In this document: one piece after another, positions 63,142 through 64,000 of the stretch
How positions within the stretch are numbered: position 1 is the stretch's first letter
Layout of the letters: each line of letters opens with the position of its first letter
Position numbers and translations under genes: made by a program
The notes under the pieces: model-generated
What the model was told of the DNA's origin: nothing
Seen by the model: only the letters and a program-made list of their open reading frames with translations
Database searches by the model: none
Origin: an uncultured Verrucomicrobiae bacterium
GTDB lineage: Bacteria; Verrucomicrobiota; Verrucomicrobiia; Chthoniobacterales; UBA10450
Length of the DNA: 64,000 nucleotides
NCBI GenBank assembly: GCA_963801815.1
Contig: CAWDGJ010000003.1
Span: 800,001 to 864,000, forward strand
Reading direction: 5' to 3'

Positions 63142-63710
63142 AGCTCCGGCGGTCTTGCGCGCGGTTCGCGGTCTTTGGCAGTCGCGGTGCTGGGTTGGGT
63201 TACGAACGGGCCGCCTTCGAGAGGCGCGGATCTGGTGAACGCGACATCGGGCATGTCGCTCGGGAGGCCTTCCAACGGAAATTCCTTGCGCAACGGAAAG
63301 AATGGATAGCCGTCCCACATTAGAATCCGTCGAAGATCGGGATGACCTTTGAATTTGATTCCCATCATGTCGTAAATCTCGCGCTCGTGCCAATTCGCGG
63401 TCGGCCAGATATCGGAAACAGTGGCGACCTGCTCGTCTTCGCCGATCTTCAATTTCAAGCGGAGATGAACCGCAAGGGTCATCGAATAGAGCTCGTAGAC
63501 GATTTCAAAGCGCGGCTCTTCGCCGGCGTTATCGATGCTCGTGATGTCGATCAAGTAATCGAACGAAAGATCGTCGCGGCAGAACTTTGCAATCTCGCGG
63601 ACATCGCTCGCGGAAATCGTGTAGGTAGTCTCTGCGCGAAATTCAGTTTTCGCCTGTAGCTTTGCCCCGAACAGTTTCCCTAACGAATCGAGAAGTTCCG
63701 ATCCCGTCAT
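63138..63710 (-). CDS. nuoC: NADH-quinone oxidoreductase subunit C
   Basis: RFEIVYEL, ANWHEREIYDMMGI, HPDLRRIL, PLRKEFPL. Confidence 0.95.
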   Translation of the reverse strand: MTGSELLDSLGKLFGAKLQAKTEFRAETTYTISASDVREIAKFCRDDLSFDYLIDITSIDNAGEEPRFEIVYELYSMTLAVHLRLKLKIGEDEQVATVSDIWPTANWHEREIYDMMGIKFKGHPDLRRILMWDGYPFFPLRKEFPLEGLPSDMPDVAFTRSAPLEGGPFVTQPSTATAKDREPRARPPEL

Positions 63711-63761
63711 CGAAGAAAAGGATGAAGGTTGAGGGGTGAAGGATGAAAAACAAACTGAGCG

Positions 63762-63870
63762 GTCATCCTGAACGAATGTGAGGGACCTCTCAAAAGCTGA
63801 TTGATCACACAATCCAATTTGCGTGATGCACGCTTCGACTGTGAGGTTCCTCGCTCTGCTCGGAATGACA
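63762..63870. repeat. Palindromic MITE-like element (second copy) between nuoB and nuoC
   Basis: GTCATCCTGAACGAATGTGAGGGACCTC ... GAGGTTCCTCGCTCTGCTCGGAATGACA. Confidence 0.72.
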
Positions 63871-63876
63871 ACGCGC

Positions 63877-64000
63877 TCATGTCAGTGCTTCGGCAAATTT
63901 CTTCGTCCACTCGGGCTTTTGCTGCAGAAATGATTTCTCGCCGGAAATTTTTTCCTGTAATTTCATCAGACCGGCGAGGAGCGCTTCCGGACGCGGTGGG
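63877..64000 (-). CDS. nuoB: NADH-quinone oxidoreductase subunit B, C-terminal part (cut by window edge)
   Basis: Hand translation PPRPEALLAGLMKLQEKI...EALT*; upstream of nuoC. Confidence 0.9.
   Translation of the reverse strand, partial: PPRPEALLAGLMKLQEKISGEKSFLQQKPEWTKKFAEALT

Overview
Bacterial chromosomal window, inferred to be Verrucomicrobiota (Chthoniobacterales, 'Ca. Udaeobacter'-like soil lineage) from gene content and repeat style; this is inference, not a database result. It is mostly housekeeping and envelope genes: accB/accC, thiE, purB, purE, aroK, queG, Sua5-type tsaC, pyrG-kdsB-gmhB-heptose kinase, phoH, nuoB(partial)/nuoC, a MacAB-type efflux operon, tRNA-Arg(ACG) and several glycosyltransferases. 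I saw no CRISPR array, rRNA, intact transposase or prophage. Most notable: (1) an operon starting 6 nt after tRNA-Arg encoding a putative outer-membrane beta-barrel, an exported type-1 copper protein and a HAMP-adenylate cyclase with an apparent CTG start; (2) a YtrA/GntR operon with a perfect 22-bp operator, ABC transporter, two DUF4386 proteins and three tandem membrane-anchored MDR reductases with a conserved Cys pair; (3) a Deg protease paired with a catalytically degenerate paralog; (4) an orphan PafA-type ligase; (5) many intergenic inverted 7/8-mer tandem arrays, one enclosing a decayed four-helix-bundle gene and one a 44-aa ORF; (6) REP-like palindromes, one translated in-frame inside queG.
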